From the NCBI GenBank assembly GCA_040752575.1, contig JBFMGK010000070.1, positions 1 through 16,915 of the forward strand: DNA of 16,915 nucleotides, in the 5' to 3' direction. Positions 1 to 7,885 of the stretch are shown here, one piece after another (the stretch's first letter is position 1; the number at the start of each line of letters is the position of its first letter). Under the pieces are notes generated by a model that was given only the letters and a program-made list of their open reading frames with translations, had not been told where the DNA came from and did no database searches. This stretch comes from Candidatus Bipolaricaulota bacterium. Its GTDB lineage: Bacteria; Bipolaricaulota; Bipolaricaulia; UBA7950; UBA9294. A program made the position numbers and the translations under genes.

Positions 1-582
1 CGAGAGCGGGAGAAGATCGAACGCGAGCGCGAGCGGCTCGAGCGCGAGCGCGAGCGGCTCGAACGGCTTCAAGAGGAGGTCGAGCAACGGCTCGAACGTC
101 AGGAGGAGCGCATCGCGCAACTCGAGGAAGAGCTTGAGGATCGGGAGGAGGCGCTGGAGGAGGCGGCCGAGGGGCTCGAGGTCGGGGGCGCCGCGGGCAT
201 CGGCGAGGTTCTCGATGTCGTTTCGGACCGCATCCCGCGCATCCTGCGGGGCATTCAGGAGAGCGTCTACTCCGCAGACCACCTCAAGACTGCAGCGGAG
301 TCCTTCGCGACGTTCTACCGCACGCTCATCGACTCGGGAATGCCCGATGGGCTGGCAGCGGATGTGACCCAGCACCATCTCAAGAACCTGCTGGATCAAA
401 CGCAGGTGAGGACCAAATCGCGAGGCCCCCACGCATCGGGATCCGCGCACTCCGGTTTCGATCCGCTGCGCGGCGACTTCGACCCGCTAGGGAAGGACTT
501 CGACCCCTTCTCTTCGCGTCGCGGCCCGGGCCCTCGCCCGCCGCAACCTCCGCAGCCGCATGGGCCAGGAGAGGACTCCTAG
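1..582 (+). CDS. Hypothetical protein, 5'-truncated: E/R-rich coiled coil, small helical domain, low-complexity Pro-rich tail
   Basis: Frame +1 is open from base 1 to TAG 580-582: REREKIERERERLERERERLERLQEEVEQRLERQEERIAQLEEELEDREEALEEAAEG...EVLDVVSDRIPRILRGIQESVYSADHLKTAAESFATFYRTLIDSGMPDGLAADVT. The ORF track reports only the last 80 aa (340..582). Confidence 0.8.
   Translation, partial: REREKIERERERLERERERLERLQEEVEQRLERQEERIAQLEEELEDREEALEEAAEGLEVGGAAGIGEVLDVVSDRIPRILRGIQESVYSADHLKTAAESFATFYRTLIDSGMPDGLAADVTQHHLKNLLDQTQVRTKSRGPHASGSAHSGFDPLRGDFDPLGKDFDPFSSRRGPGPRPPQPPQPHGPGEDS
19..60 (+). repeat. Two near-identical 21-bp tandem units encoding the heptad ERERERL
   Basis: gaacgcgagcgcgagcggctc (19-39) and gagcgcgagcgcgagcggctc (40-60), one mismatch. 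Confidence 0.85.
457..510 (+). repeat. Imperfect 21-bp coding repeat (FDPLRGD-FDPLGKD-FDPF)
   Basis: ttcgatccgctgcgcggcgac / ttcgacccgctagggaaggac / ttcgaccccttc, in frame with the first CDS. Confidence 0.8.
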
Positions 583-621
583 CCGCTGTGGATCGGGGTC
601 GGCGCCGCGTGGCGTGAACCC

Positions 622-1614
622 GTGGAGCTAAGCGGGTACGCTCCGCGCGTGGTCCCCGACATCTTCGACGTCATCCGATCCCGAGTCGCCGTTGTCGCCG
701 AAAGGGCAAGCTTCGTCGCGATCGACGAGAAGGCGATCCGGCGCCTCGGCGAAGAACTGGCGCCCGTCCTCGCGCCTCCAGCCTACGACACGTCCCTCCA
801 CTATCTGGGCACAGCCGAGGACACGACGGCATACCTTGTGACCCTCGACGCCGTGAACTTCGGCTCCGGCTACTTCCCGTTCTTCGCGAAGCGGCCGGGC
901 CTCTCGGGGTACGGAACGGTCGCCCTTGCGTTGACGGAGAGGTTCCGCGAGCGCGGCCCGTTGGACGCCCGCGAGCTGTCGCGGATCTCGCCGCAGGCTT
1001 GTGCTCGGCTCTTCGGGCAGGACGACCGGCACCCTGCCCTTCAGGAGTGGGCCCGGTGGGTCAGCCGCGCCTGGAACGACCTGGGGGAAGACCTTCTGCG
1101 GCGGTTCGACGGCGATCCCGTACGGCTTGTGCAGGCCGCCCGAGGTTCGGCCGCAGCTCTCGTCGAGATTCTGGATGCGCAGCCGTTATTCCACGACGTG
1201 GCGATCTACGACGGAGCCGAGATCCCGTTCTTCAAGCGTGCCCAGATCCTCGCCTCGGACCTGGCGCTCGGCCTAGAACCGCTGAGAGGAAGTCCGTTCG
1301 ACGATCTCGAACGGCTGACCCTCTTTGCGGACAACCTCGTCCCCCATGTGCTACGCTGCGCCGGAGTTCTCCGGTATGAGCCCGGACTTGCCGACGCCAT
1401 AGAGCGAGGGGATCTCTTGCCCGCCGGCTCCCCGCAGGAGATCGAGATCAGGGCGTGCGCCATCCATGCCACCGAACTCCTGGTGGCGGAACTCCGCCGC
1501 CGCGGCGCTTCAGTCACCGCCAGAGTGCTGGACGTCGCGTTGTGGTCGTCCGGCCAATCCCCCAACGTGAAGTCCCGTTACCCCCGCCACCGAACGCGCA
1601 CCCCGTTCTACTAG
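622..1614 (+). CDS. qng1: Queuosine 5'-monophosphate N-glycosylase/hydrolase (queuosine salvage protein, DUF2419/C9orf64 family)
   Basis: Family motifs LDAVNFGSG, FFKRAQIL, LTLFADNLVPHVLR, EIEIRA, DVALW and C-terminal HRTRTPFY. Start uncertain (GTG 622 or GTG 649; no clear RBS). Confidence 0.9.
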   Translation: MELSGYAPRVVPDIFDVIRSRVAVVAERASFVAIDEKAIRRLGEELAPVLAPPAYDTSLHYLGTAEDTTAYLVTLDAVNFGSGYFPFFAKRPGLSGYGTVALALTERFRERGPLDARELSRISPQACARLFGQDDRHPALQEWARWVSRAWNDLGEDLLRRFDGDPVRLVQAARGSAAALVEILDAQPLFHDVAIYDGAEIPFFKRAQILASDLALGLEPLRGSPFDDLERLTLFADNLVPHVLRCAGVLRYEPGLADAIERGDLLPAGSPQEIEIRACAIHATELLVAELRRRGASVTARVLDVALWSSGQSPNVKSRYPRHRTRTPFY

Positions 1615-1979
1615 GGCGCCTCGCCCACCGTAGCCATTTCGCGGAGTCCGTCGACGGTCTTGGGGCCGATCCCCGACACCTCGGTGAGGTCATCCAGGGT
1701 CTGAAACGGCCCGTGCGCGGTTCGGTACGCCATGATTCGCGAAGCCAGGGCTTCGCCGATCCCGGGAAGCCGACAAAGCTCCTCCAGGCCCGCACGGTTC
1801 ACGTCGATCTTCCCCCGCTCGCAGACGACGGGGACCACCACGGAGACGCCGGTGAGGACAAGTGGCGAGGCCGGACGAATGCTAGACCGCCCAGGCGACG
1901 GCCACAGAAGGACCGCTCCGCCGAGGAGCAACGCGGCGCTCAGGAGAAAGACCAGTCCTCGTTCCTGCTCTTTCGTCAA
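1611..1979 (-). CDS. comEA: ComEA-family helix-hairpin-helix DNA-binding protein
   Basis: N-terminal TM helix, then KIDVNRAGLEELCRLPGIGEALASRIMAYRTAHGPFQTLDDLTEVSGIGPKT (two HhH motifs). TTG start with GGAGGG RBS at 1991-1986. Confidence 0.9.
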   Translation of the reverse strand: MTKEQERGLVFLLSAALLLGGAVLLWPSPGRSSIRPASPLVLTGVSVVVPVVCERGKIDVNRAGLEELCRLPGIGEALASRIMAYRTAHGPFQTLDDLTEVSGIGPKTVDGLREMATVGEAP

Positions 1980-2046
1980 CCTCAGCCCTCCGCACGGCCG
2001 AATCCCTCGCCCTTATCCTCTTTCTTTGCCTTGCATATCCATGCAC

Positions 2047-2075
2047 AGCATCCCTTTCCTCTTCTTTGCTGTCAA
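2047..2075 (-). promoter_or_regulatory. Putative sigma70 promoter for comEA
   Basis: Minus strand TTGACA (2075-2070), 17-nt spacer, GATGCT (2052-2047), in an AT-richer intergenic patch. The -10 is weak. Confidence 0.45.
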
Positions 2076-2117
2076 GCATCGATGCAGATCCGGAAGCACG
2101 CGCGGGCGCTGCTTTGC

Positions 2118-2136
2118 GCTTCGGAATCCCCGAAGC
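2118..2136. other. Short hairpin just downstream of surE
   Basis: gcttcgg-aatcc-ccgaagc. No U-tract follows on the minus strand, so it is not a clear intrinsic terminator. Confidence 0.4.
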
Positions 2137-2144
2137 CGCGGAGT

Positions 2145-2957
2145 CTATCCCGGCAGCTGCAGCTCACCCTCCCAGCTCCGCAACTCGGAAAGAAGCGCGT
2201 GCTCGGTCATGTCGAGGTGAATCGGTGTGATCGACACGTAGCCTTCCGAGATCGCCTCGATGTCGGTTCCCTGACCTCCTGCCGCCGGCCCATCGAGGGG
2301 ATCCCCGGTGATCCAGTAGTACTCACGGCCGTGTGGATCGCGCCCGGTCACGAGGTAGTTCGAGTAGGCCTCACCGCCGAGCCGGGTCAGCCGCGCTTCG
2401 AGCTTCCTGCCAGACGGCGAATAGGGGACATTCACGTTCAACAGGATGCCGGGTGGGAGGGGCGGTCTCTGGAGGAGGAACGCCGCGAGGCGGCTCGCGA
2501 AGGCTGCCGCGCGCGTGTAGTCAAGGTCATCGTTCGGCGCCCTGACCGTGTCGTACGAGACGGCGATCGCGGGGATTCCCGACCGCGCGCCCTCCATCGC
2601 GGCGGCCACGGTCCCCGAGTACGAGACGTCACGACCCAGGTTGAGCCCCGCGTTGATCCCCGAGACGATCAAGGCCGGCCGTTCACTCAGCAGCCCGAGC
2701 AGGGCAAGAGAAACGCAGTCCGACGGCGTACCGCTCGTCGCGTGCCCGATGTCGCCGTCGAGCAGGGGAACGCGGTCGACGCGAAGCGGCTTGTGGAACG
2801 TCCTCGTGCGACTGGCCGCCGACCAATTCCTGTCCGGCGCAAAGACCACGGTTCGACCGATTCCGTCAAGCGCCTCCTTCAGGGCCAGCAAACCCGCCGC
2901 CGTGATCCCGTCGTCATTGGTAATCAGGATGGTCGGCCGTCCCTCACTGGATTTCAC
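2145..2957 (-). CDS. surE: 5'/3'-nucleotidase SurE
   Basis: ILITNDDGI, FAPDRNWSAAS, SGTPSDCV, VSGINAGLNLG, YSGTVAAAMEG, LLNVNVP, GYVSITPI. Start moved to GTG 2957 (AGGGAGG RBS at 2970-2964), overlapping the end of rsmD. Confidence 0.96.
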   Translation of the reverse strand: MKSSEGRPTILITNDDGITAAGLLALKEALDGIGRTVVFAPDRNWSAASRTRTFHKPLRVDRVPLLDGDIGHATSGTPSDCVSLALLGLLSERPALIVSGINAGLNLGRDVSYSGTVAAAMEGARSGIPAIAVSYDTVRAPNDDLDYTRAAAFASRLAAFLLQRPPLPPGILLNVNVPYSPSGRKLEARLTRLGGEAYSNYLVTGRDPHGREYYWITGDPLDGPAAGGQGTDIEAISEGYVSITPIHLDMTEHALLSELRSWEGELQLPG

Positions 2958-3543
2958 TCGCGTCCTCCCTTTCTGTCGCTTCTCCAGATGGCCCGGACCC
3001 ACGGTAGAACGCCAACTGGTTGTCGCCGTACTTGCGCAGGTCGACGAGCGTGAGCCCTCCGTAGGCTTCGGCCACACGCTCGGAAGCGTGAATCTCCGCC
3101 GCGACGACCGGATCGTCCGCGAGAACGGGTTCGACAGCTAGAGCCGCCAAGGTGCGGGGAACCAACTCGCGGTAGTAGGGAGGACCGACAAACACAAGGT
3201 CGTACCGGCGGCCCAGGCGGCCGAGCTCTGGCAGCGCCGAAACGGCATCCGCTGTCACGACGTGGGCTTGCGCCAAGAAGTCGAGGACGTCGAGATTGCG
3301 GCGGACGATGGCGCAAGCCTCGGGCGAGTGATCGACGAACGTGCAGGTCGCCGCGCCGCGAGACAGAGCCTCGAGTCCAACACTTCCCGTCCCGCAGTAC
3401 AAGTCGAGGAAGGCGGCCTCGGACACGAAGTCGGAAACGATGTTGAACAAGGCCGAGCGGACGAAGTCGCGCATCGGACGAATTCCTTCCTCGTCCCACT
3501 CGACAAGCCGTCGCCCGCGCCTCGTGCCGCCGATGATCCGCAC
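2944..3543 (-). CDS. rsmD: 16S rRNA m2G966 methyltransferase RsmD
   Basis: MRIIGGTRRGRRL..IRP..VRSALFN, FLDLYCGTGSVGLEALSRGA, DLVFVGPPY (G replaces the usual D of DPPY), RKYGDN. GTG start at 3543 with AAGGAG RBS. Confidence 0.94.
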   Translation of the reverse strand: MRIIGGTRRGRRLVEWDEEGIRPMRDFVRSALFNIVSDFVSEAAFLDLYCGTGSVGLEALSRGAATCTFVDHSPEACAIVRRNLDVLDFLAQAHVVTADAVSALPELGRLGRRYDLVFVGPPYYRELVPRTLAALAVEPVLADDPVVAAEIHASERVAEAYGGLTLVDLRKYGDNQLAFYRGSGPSGEATEREDASEIQ

Positions 3544-3626
3544 GTCTCTCCTTGCAGGCCGTGAATCGCCTACGCTATGATCGCCCCCGCACCGTGCGCG
3601 GGTACAGACAGGATAAGAGGGGGAAC

Positions 3627-4349
3627 GTGACCGATCAACCGCCACGTCGTCTGTCGAGGTTCTCGCACGTCCTCTTTGACCTTGACCAGACGCTCGCCAC
3701 CTATGCGCTGACGACGTCCGACATTGTCTCCGTGGTCTGGAATCGCCTCGCGATCTCGCCCGACGAGGTCGGCCCGCCGACCGAGCTTGCCGCGCGCTAC
3801 GATGCTTTGTGGGTTCGCCTCGAGCGCAGCGCCTCGTCCGGCGAAGCGCTCCGCCGATCGATCTGGAGTTCCGTCCTCCGCGAACGCGGTCAGACGTCTC
3901 CTTCGCTCGCTGAGCGCATCGCCGCCGAGCACGGCGCCCTTCGCCGCTCGACCGGCGCGAGACTGCTCGAGGGGGTTGTGGAGCTTCTGTCGAACCTGCG
4001 GGGCGCAGGGTACGGACTTGGCCTCCTCACCAATGGACTCTCTGATGTGCAGTGGGAGAAGATCCGCGCGTTGCGCGTCGATGTTCTGGTCGATCAGGTC
4101 TCGGTGGCCGGGGACACGGGCGTCTACAAACCCGATCCCCAAGCCTTCCGCGATCTCCTCTCGAGGCTCGACGCTGCCGCAGAGACATCGCTGTTTGTCG
4201 GAGACTCGTACGAGGCCGACGTGGTCGGGGCCATCGACTGCGGAATGGCGGCCGCCTGGGTTCGGCCGTCCGGCACACCCGTTCCCGGCCCCCACGTACC
4301 CGGGTTTGCCGTCGAACGTGCGACCGACCTTAGGAGCGTGCTCCTGTGA
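3627..4349 (+). CDS. HAD-superfamily hydrolase (YjjG-like, subfamily IA)
   Basis: Motif I FDLDQTL, motif II LLTNG, motif III YKPDP, motif IV FVGDSYEADVVGA. GTG start at 3627 after AAGAGGGGG. Confidence 0.88.
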   Translation: MTDQPPRRLSRFSHVLFDLDQTLATYALTTSDIVSVVWNRLAISPDEVGPPTELAARYDALWVRLERSASSGEALRRSIWSSVLRERGQTSPSLAERIAAEHGALRRSTGARLLEGVVELLSNLRGAGYGLGLLTNGLSDVQWEKIRALRVDVLVDQVSVAGDTGVYKPDPQAFRDLLSRLDAAAETSLFVGDSYEADVVGAIDCGMAAAWVRPSGTPVPGPHVPGFAVERATDLRSVLL

Positions 4350-5248
4350 CCGGCCGCTGGGTGCCCCGCTCCTCGACCGTCCTCCTCCTCTGCCTGGCGG
4401 TCGTCCTCGCGGGTCGTGCGCAGTCGATCATCGACCTGCCGCGGCGCGTGCCGTCGTTCAACCAGGCGTACTCCATCGGACCGGGAGCGTGGGGACGCGA
4501 AACGCTCGGAACGGGGGGATGTCCGGATCTCCTCCAGGCGACAGGATGTCTCGTCACCGCCTTCGCCGCCGTGCTCGCCTACTACGAAGTTTCCCTCGAG
4601 ATCCCCCCCGAGTTCTCCTCGACGGGCCAGCGTCGCGTCGGGATGGACCCGGGGATTCTCAACGATTGGCTGCGCGCACGCGCTGGCTACGGACCGTGCG
4701 CGACCGATCCCGCCGGCTCTTGTTGTCTCGAGTGGGATCGCCTTCCCTACGGCATAGACCTCTCGTTCCACGTGAACCGCAGCGAAGTCAGCCTGAACCC
4801 GATCGCCGCCATCATCATCGATCACGCTCTACGGCAGGGGAGTCCGATCGTCGCCGGCGTGCACTGGAGCGCGTACTGCCGCAGCGGATCGACGCAGTCC
4901 GAGGACTGCCATTGGGTGGTCATCACGGGAAAGATGGGGAGCACGTACACGATCATGGACCCCTTCAACCGCGATTCCGCGGATCCCCAAGGACTTACCA
5001 CGACACTGAGCGCCGGATCCCGAGGGCGCTACATCGTTGATCGCTTCGCGGTCGTCGAACGCGCGGCGGGAGAGATCGGCTCCGCGAACGCCCTCTGGGT
5101 CGATCCGCCCGTCTCCGAGGCGGCGCCGCTGTCGATCGCTGCGCCGGAACCTGTAGGGCCAAGCCCTTGGGCGACGATCCTCGCCCTGATGGCCTCGCTC
5201 AGCCTGATCGCAGCCGCGATCTGGCTCGGTTCGCGCGACGCTCCCTAG
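4346..5248 (+). CDS. Exported C39-like (papain-fold) cysteine peptidase with C-terminal membrane anchor
   Basis: Signal peptide (LLLCLAVVLAGRA), GCLVTAFAAVLAYY (nucleophile Cys), PIVAGV..HWVVITG (His), TIMDP (Asp), C-terminal TM helix. GTGA overlap with the HAD gene. Confidence 0.8.
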   Translation: MTGRWVPRSSTVLLLCLAVVLAGRAQSIIDLPRRVPSFNQAYSIGPGAWGRETLGTGGCPDLLQATGCLVTAFAAVLAYYEVSLEIPPEFSSTGQRRVGMDPGILNDWLRARAGYGPCATDPAGSCCLEWDRLPYGIDLSFHVNRSEVSLNPIAAIIIDHALRQGSPIVAGVHWSAYCRSGSTQSEDCHWVVITGKMGSTYTIMDPFNRDSADPQGLTTTLSAGSRGRYIVDRFAVVERAAGEIGSANALWVDPPVSEAAPLSIAAPEPVGPSPWATILALMASLSLIAAAIWLGSRDAP

Positions 5249-6051
5249 TCGGGCGGCAAGACCATCGCCCCGACCCAGGTCGCCATGGCGAGAGCAGCGC
5301 AGTAGACCGCGAACCCCCAGAGCCGACCCCGACGGAGCACGGCCAACAGGAAGCGCAGCGCGGCCAGGCCGACGACGAAGGCGGCGACGGCTCCGACAAG
5401 GACCCCCGCCACGTCGATCGCAGCGCCGTGACCGCCGACGAGGGACCTCGCATCCAGCACGGCGATGATCGCGGCTCCCGCCACGGCGGGAATCGACAAC
5501 AGGAAGGAGAACCGCGCAGCGCGCGCCGGCGAGAGGCCGCCCGCCACCCCCGCGGCCATCGTCACGCCGCTGCGCGAGACCCCAGGGACCAGAGCAACCG
5601 CCTGGGCAAGGCCTACTCCGAAGGCGCCGGGCGCTCCGAGCGACGAACGTCGTGCGCCCCGGCGCGCGCGTTGGTCGGCCACGATCACCGCCACGGCCGT
5701 GAGAAGGAGACCTCCGCCGACGATCCACAGAGACTCGAAGAGCCGACTGGCGACGGACCTCAGAGCGAGGCCCAGGGCAACGATCGGAACCGTGCCAACG
5801 ATCAGCAACCCGACTTCCTTGCGCAGCTCGAGGCTGCCCCGCGGCCCGAAGGAACGAAGGATCGCCGCGACATCCGCCCGAAACGCGACCAAGACTGCGG
5901 CAAGGGTTCCGACGTGCACCGCTGCCTCGAGGACAATCCCGGGCGACTTCAGGCCGGTGAGAGCCTCCGCCAGGACGATGTGGGCGGAACTCGAAATGGG
6001 AAGGAACTCGGTGAGCCCCTGCACGATCCCGACGATCGCGTAGCGGATCAC
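5245..6051 (-). CDS. uppP: Undecaprenyl-diphosphate phosphatase (BacA/UppP)
   Basis: GIVQGLTEFLPISSSAH, HVGTLAAV, QAVALVPGVSRSGVT, ARFSFLLSIP; multiple TM helices. Confidence 0.96.
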   Translation of the reverse strand: MIRYAIVGIVQGLTEFLPISSSAHIVLAEALTGLKSPGIVLEAAVHVGTLAAVLVAFRADVAAILRSFGPRGSLELRKEVGLLIVGTVPIVALGLALRSVASRLFESLWIVGGGLLLTAVAVIVADQRARRGARRSSLGAPGAFGVGLAQAVALVPGVSRSGVTMAAGVAGGLSPARAARFSFLLSIPAVAGAAIIAVLDARSLVGGHGAAIDVAGVLVGAVAAFVVGLAALRFLLAVLRRGRLWGFAVYCAALAMATWVGAMVLPPD

Positions 6052-6818
6052 CGTCGAGATCCCCTCAGACCGTAACGAAGCGAGAGCGCGTCAGGCGGGC
6101 ACGCATCGACACACGCCCCGCACTTAATGCAGTTATGGGTGTCGATCTCTTCCCGCGGCTGGATGCCCATGGGGCACGCGCGATCACACGCGCCGCAGCT
6201 CGTGCACGTTGCGGCATCGAAGCGCAGATGCAGGAAACTCACGCGGTTGAAGAAGCCCAGCAACGCGCCCATCGGGCAGAGGTAACGGCACCAGAACCTG
6301 GAGACCACGGCCATTCCCACGAGCGTCGCGGCGAGGGTTCCCATGTGAATCCAGAACGGCACGTTGGTCTTGGCGACACCCAGGAACAGGTACGGAATGG
6401 ACGCCTCAAGGGACGCCGCCGGACATAGCTTGCAGAACAACGTGTCCGTGGCGACCCACGCCCCCACCAGCGTCGCGGCCAGTACGAGGAACTTCCCGTA
6501 GGAAAAGGCTCTTTGCATCCGCACCCGGCGAAAGGAAAGGAGGTCGTTCAGCGTGCCGAAGGGGCAGAACCAGCCACAGAACCCACGTCCGGCTAAGAGA
6601 CCGTAGGCGGCGATCGCACCCAGCCAGAAAAAGGGCACGGTCCCAAAAGCCACGAGGTTCTGCGCGAGCCCGATGGGGCAGACCGTGACGGCCCACGGAC
6701 AGGCGTAGCAGTGGAGCCCGGGGAACAGAATGTGGGTCATCCCGATCCCTGTCGCGCCGAACAGCCCGAGCAACAGCCCCGCGCCCTGCGTCGCGCGTCG
6801 GACGGTCCCCAGCCTCAC
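6048..6818 (-). CDS. Membrane 4Fe-4S binding protein (NapH/MauN/RdxA-like ferredoxin-type)
   Basis: CYACP..CPIG, GRGFCGWFCPFG, FCKLCP, RFWCRYLCPMG, two ferredoxin motifs CTSCGACDRACP and CIKCGACVDACP; several TM helices. Confidence 0.9.
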   Translation of the reverse strand: MRLGTVRRATQGAGLLLGLFGATGIGMTHILFPGLHCYACPWAVTVCPIGLAQNLVAFGTVPFFWLGAIAAYGLLAGRGFCGWFCPFGTLNDLLSFRRVRMQRAFSYGKFLVLAATLVGAWVATDTLFCKLCPAASLEASIPYLFLGVAKTNVPFWIHMGTLAATLVGMAVVSRFWCRYLCPMGALLGFFNRVSFLHLRFDAATCTSCGACDRACPMGIQPREEIDTHNCIKCGACVDACPPDALSLRYGLRGSRR

Positions 6819-7885
6819 GATCCCACCCCCAACAGGTCCAGCAGCCTCTCGATCAGCCGGTCGACGCCGAAGACGACGTCACCTCGATCCACGCGGACGA
6901 CAGCGGGTACGACGATGCGTCCCCCTCTCGCCACGCCGTAGGTCTCCGCAAGCCCTGACTCCTGTTCCGCGTTCACGTGGCGGATGGACAACCAGGGCGA
7001 CAGAGACGCAAAGAGGTCCGCAACGCGCTCCGCATAGGGGCATGCATGGCACCACGGTGCGTAGAAGACCAGCAGCTCGATTGGGCTCGACAGCCCGGCC
7101 AGCGCTTGGCGTTGGCGATCGTTCAGCTCCGGATCCGGCTCGTGTCCCCCGGCGGTCTCAATGCCCACGCATGACGTGCACAACACGGCTCCGATCGCCT
7201 GCGCCTGGCGATGCCCGCCCGTCAGAATCCCCCACGCTAGGGCGCAACTGCAGACCGCTACGGCCATCGTGACCGCCGCGCGGGGGAACCTCCTGCTCAC
7301 GAGCGCGGCCGCGACCAGGGCTCCCCCCAGAACGGCAAACCCTCCCCACGCCCACGGGAATGGCCTCGCCCCAGGCGTCGACGTAGCTTGCGCGGGCACA
7401 GCCTCCGAAGTCGGCTCTCTGATCTCCGAGGTCCTCTCCGGAAGCACGCTCACCCGTAGCGGAAGGTCGACGCGATCGACGATCTGATAGCAGAGGTCGC
7501 CAATGCAGTAGGTGTACACAACATCCAGCCCGCCGATGACGTCGCCTTCCTCAACCTCCGCCTCGGCGACCACGGCCAGCGTGACGGCGGCGGTCTCGAA
7601 CGGCCGAACGAGCGACACGCCCGCCGGCAGGACTGACAAGCCGACGGCATCGCGCAATCCTTCGAACTCCACATCGTCGGCATCAAACAGCGACACGTTC
7701 TCCACGCGCACCACGAACTCGGCTCGCCGCCCGGGAGATACAGTGACCGGGGCGTCCGCGACGCGGAACGCGAGAATGGCATCCTGTGCCCATCCTCCGA
7801 CCCCCGCGACGACCACGACGGCGAACGCTACGGCGATTCCCGCGATCCGTCGGACCCGGACCCCGAATCCGTCGAGCCATCTCAC
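6815..7885 (-). CDS. Exported/membrane thiol-disulfide oxidoreductase fusion: Ig-like CxxxxC domain, 2 TM helices, CxxC peptide, thioredoxin domain
   Basis: Start reassigned to GTG 7885 (GTGA overlap with gltX stop; GGAG at 7896-7893). Signal peptide ending GWA-Q; YTYCIGDLCY; LCTSCVGI; FYAPWCHACP with cis-Pro-like VVPAVV. Confidence 0.82.
   Translation of the reverse strand: MRWLDGFGVRVRRIAGIAVAFAVVVVAGVGGWAQDAILAFRVADAPVTVSPGRRAEFVVRVENVSLFDADDVEFEGLRDAVGLSVLPAGVSLVRPFETAAVTLAVVAEAEVEEGDVIGGLDVVYTYCIGDLCYQIVDRVDLPLRVSVLPERTSEIREPTSEAVPAQATSTPGARPFPWAWGGFAVLGGALVAAALVSRRFPRAAVTMAVAVCSCALAWGILTGGHRQAQAIGAVLCTSCVGIETAGGHEPDPELNDRQRQALAGLSSPIELLVFYAPWCHACPYAERVADLFASLSPWLSIRHVNAEQESGLAETYGVARGGRIVVPAVVRVDRGDVVFGVDRLIERLLDLLGVGS

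Noticed and set aside
19..510. CRISPR-like repeats
   Set aside because: The repeats are 21-bp in-frame coding units with no unique spacers, and no cas genes are present.
1455..3053. 532-aa plus-strand ORF
   Set aside because: Antisense shadow of comEA and surE in high-GC DNA; no recognisable motifs.
6048..7885. Selenocysteine recoding in the redox genes
   Set aside because: The redox motifs are all Cys in uninterrupted frames; the TGA stops are ordinary GTGA start/stop overlaps.
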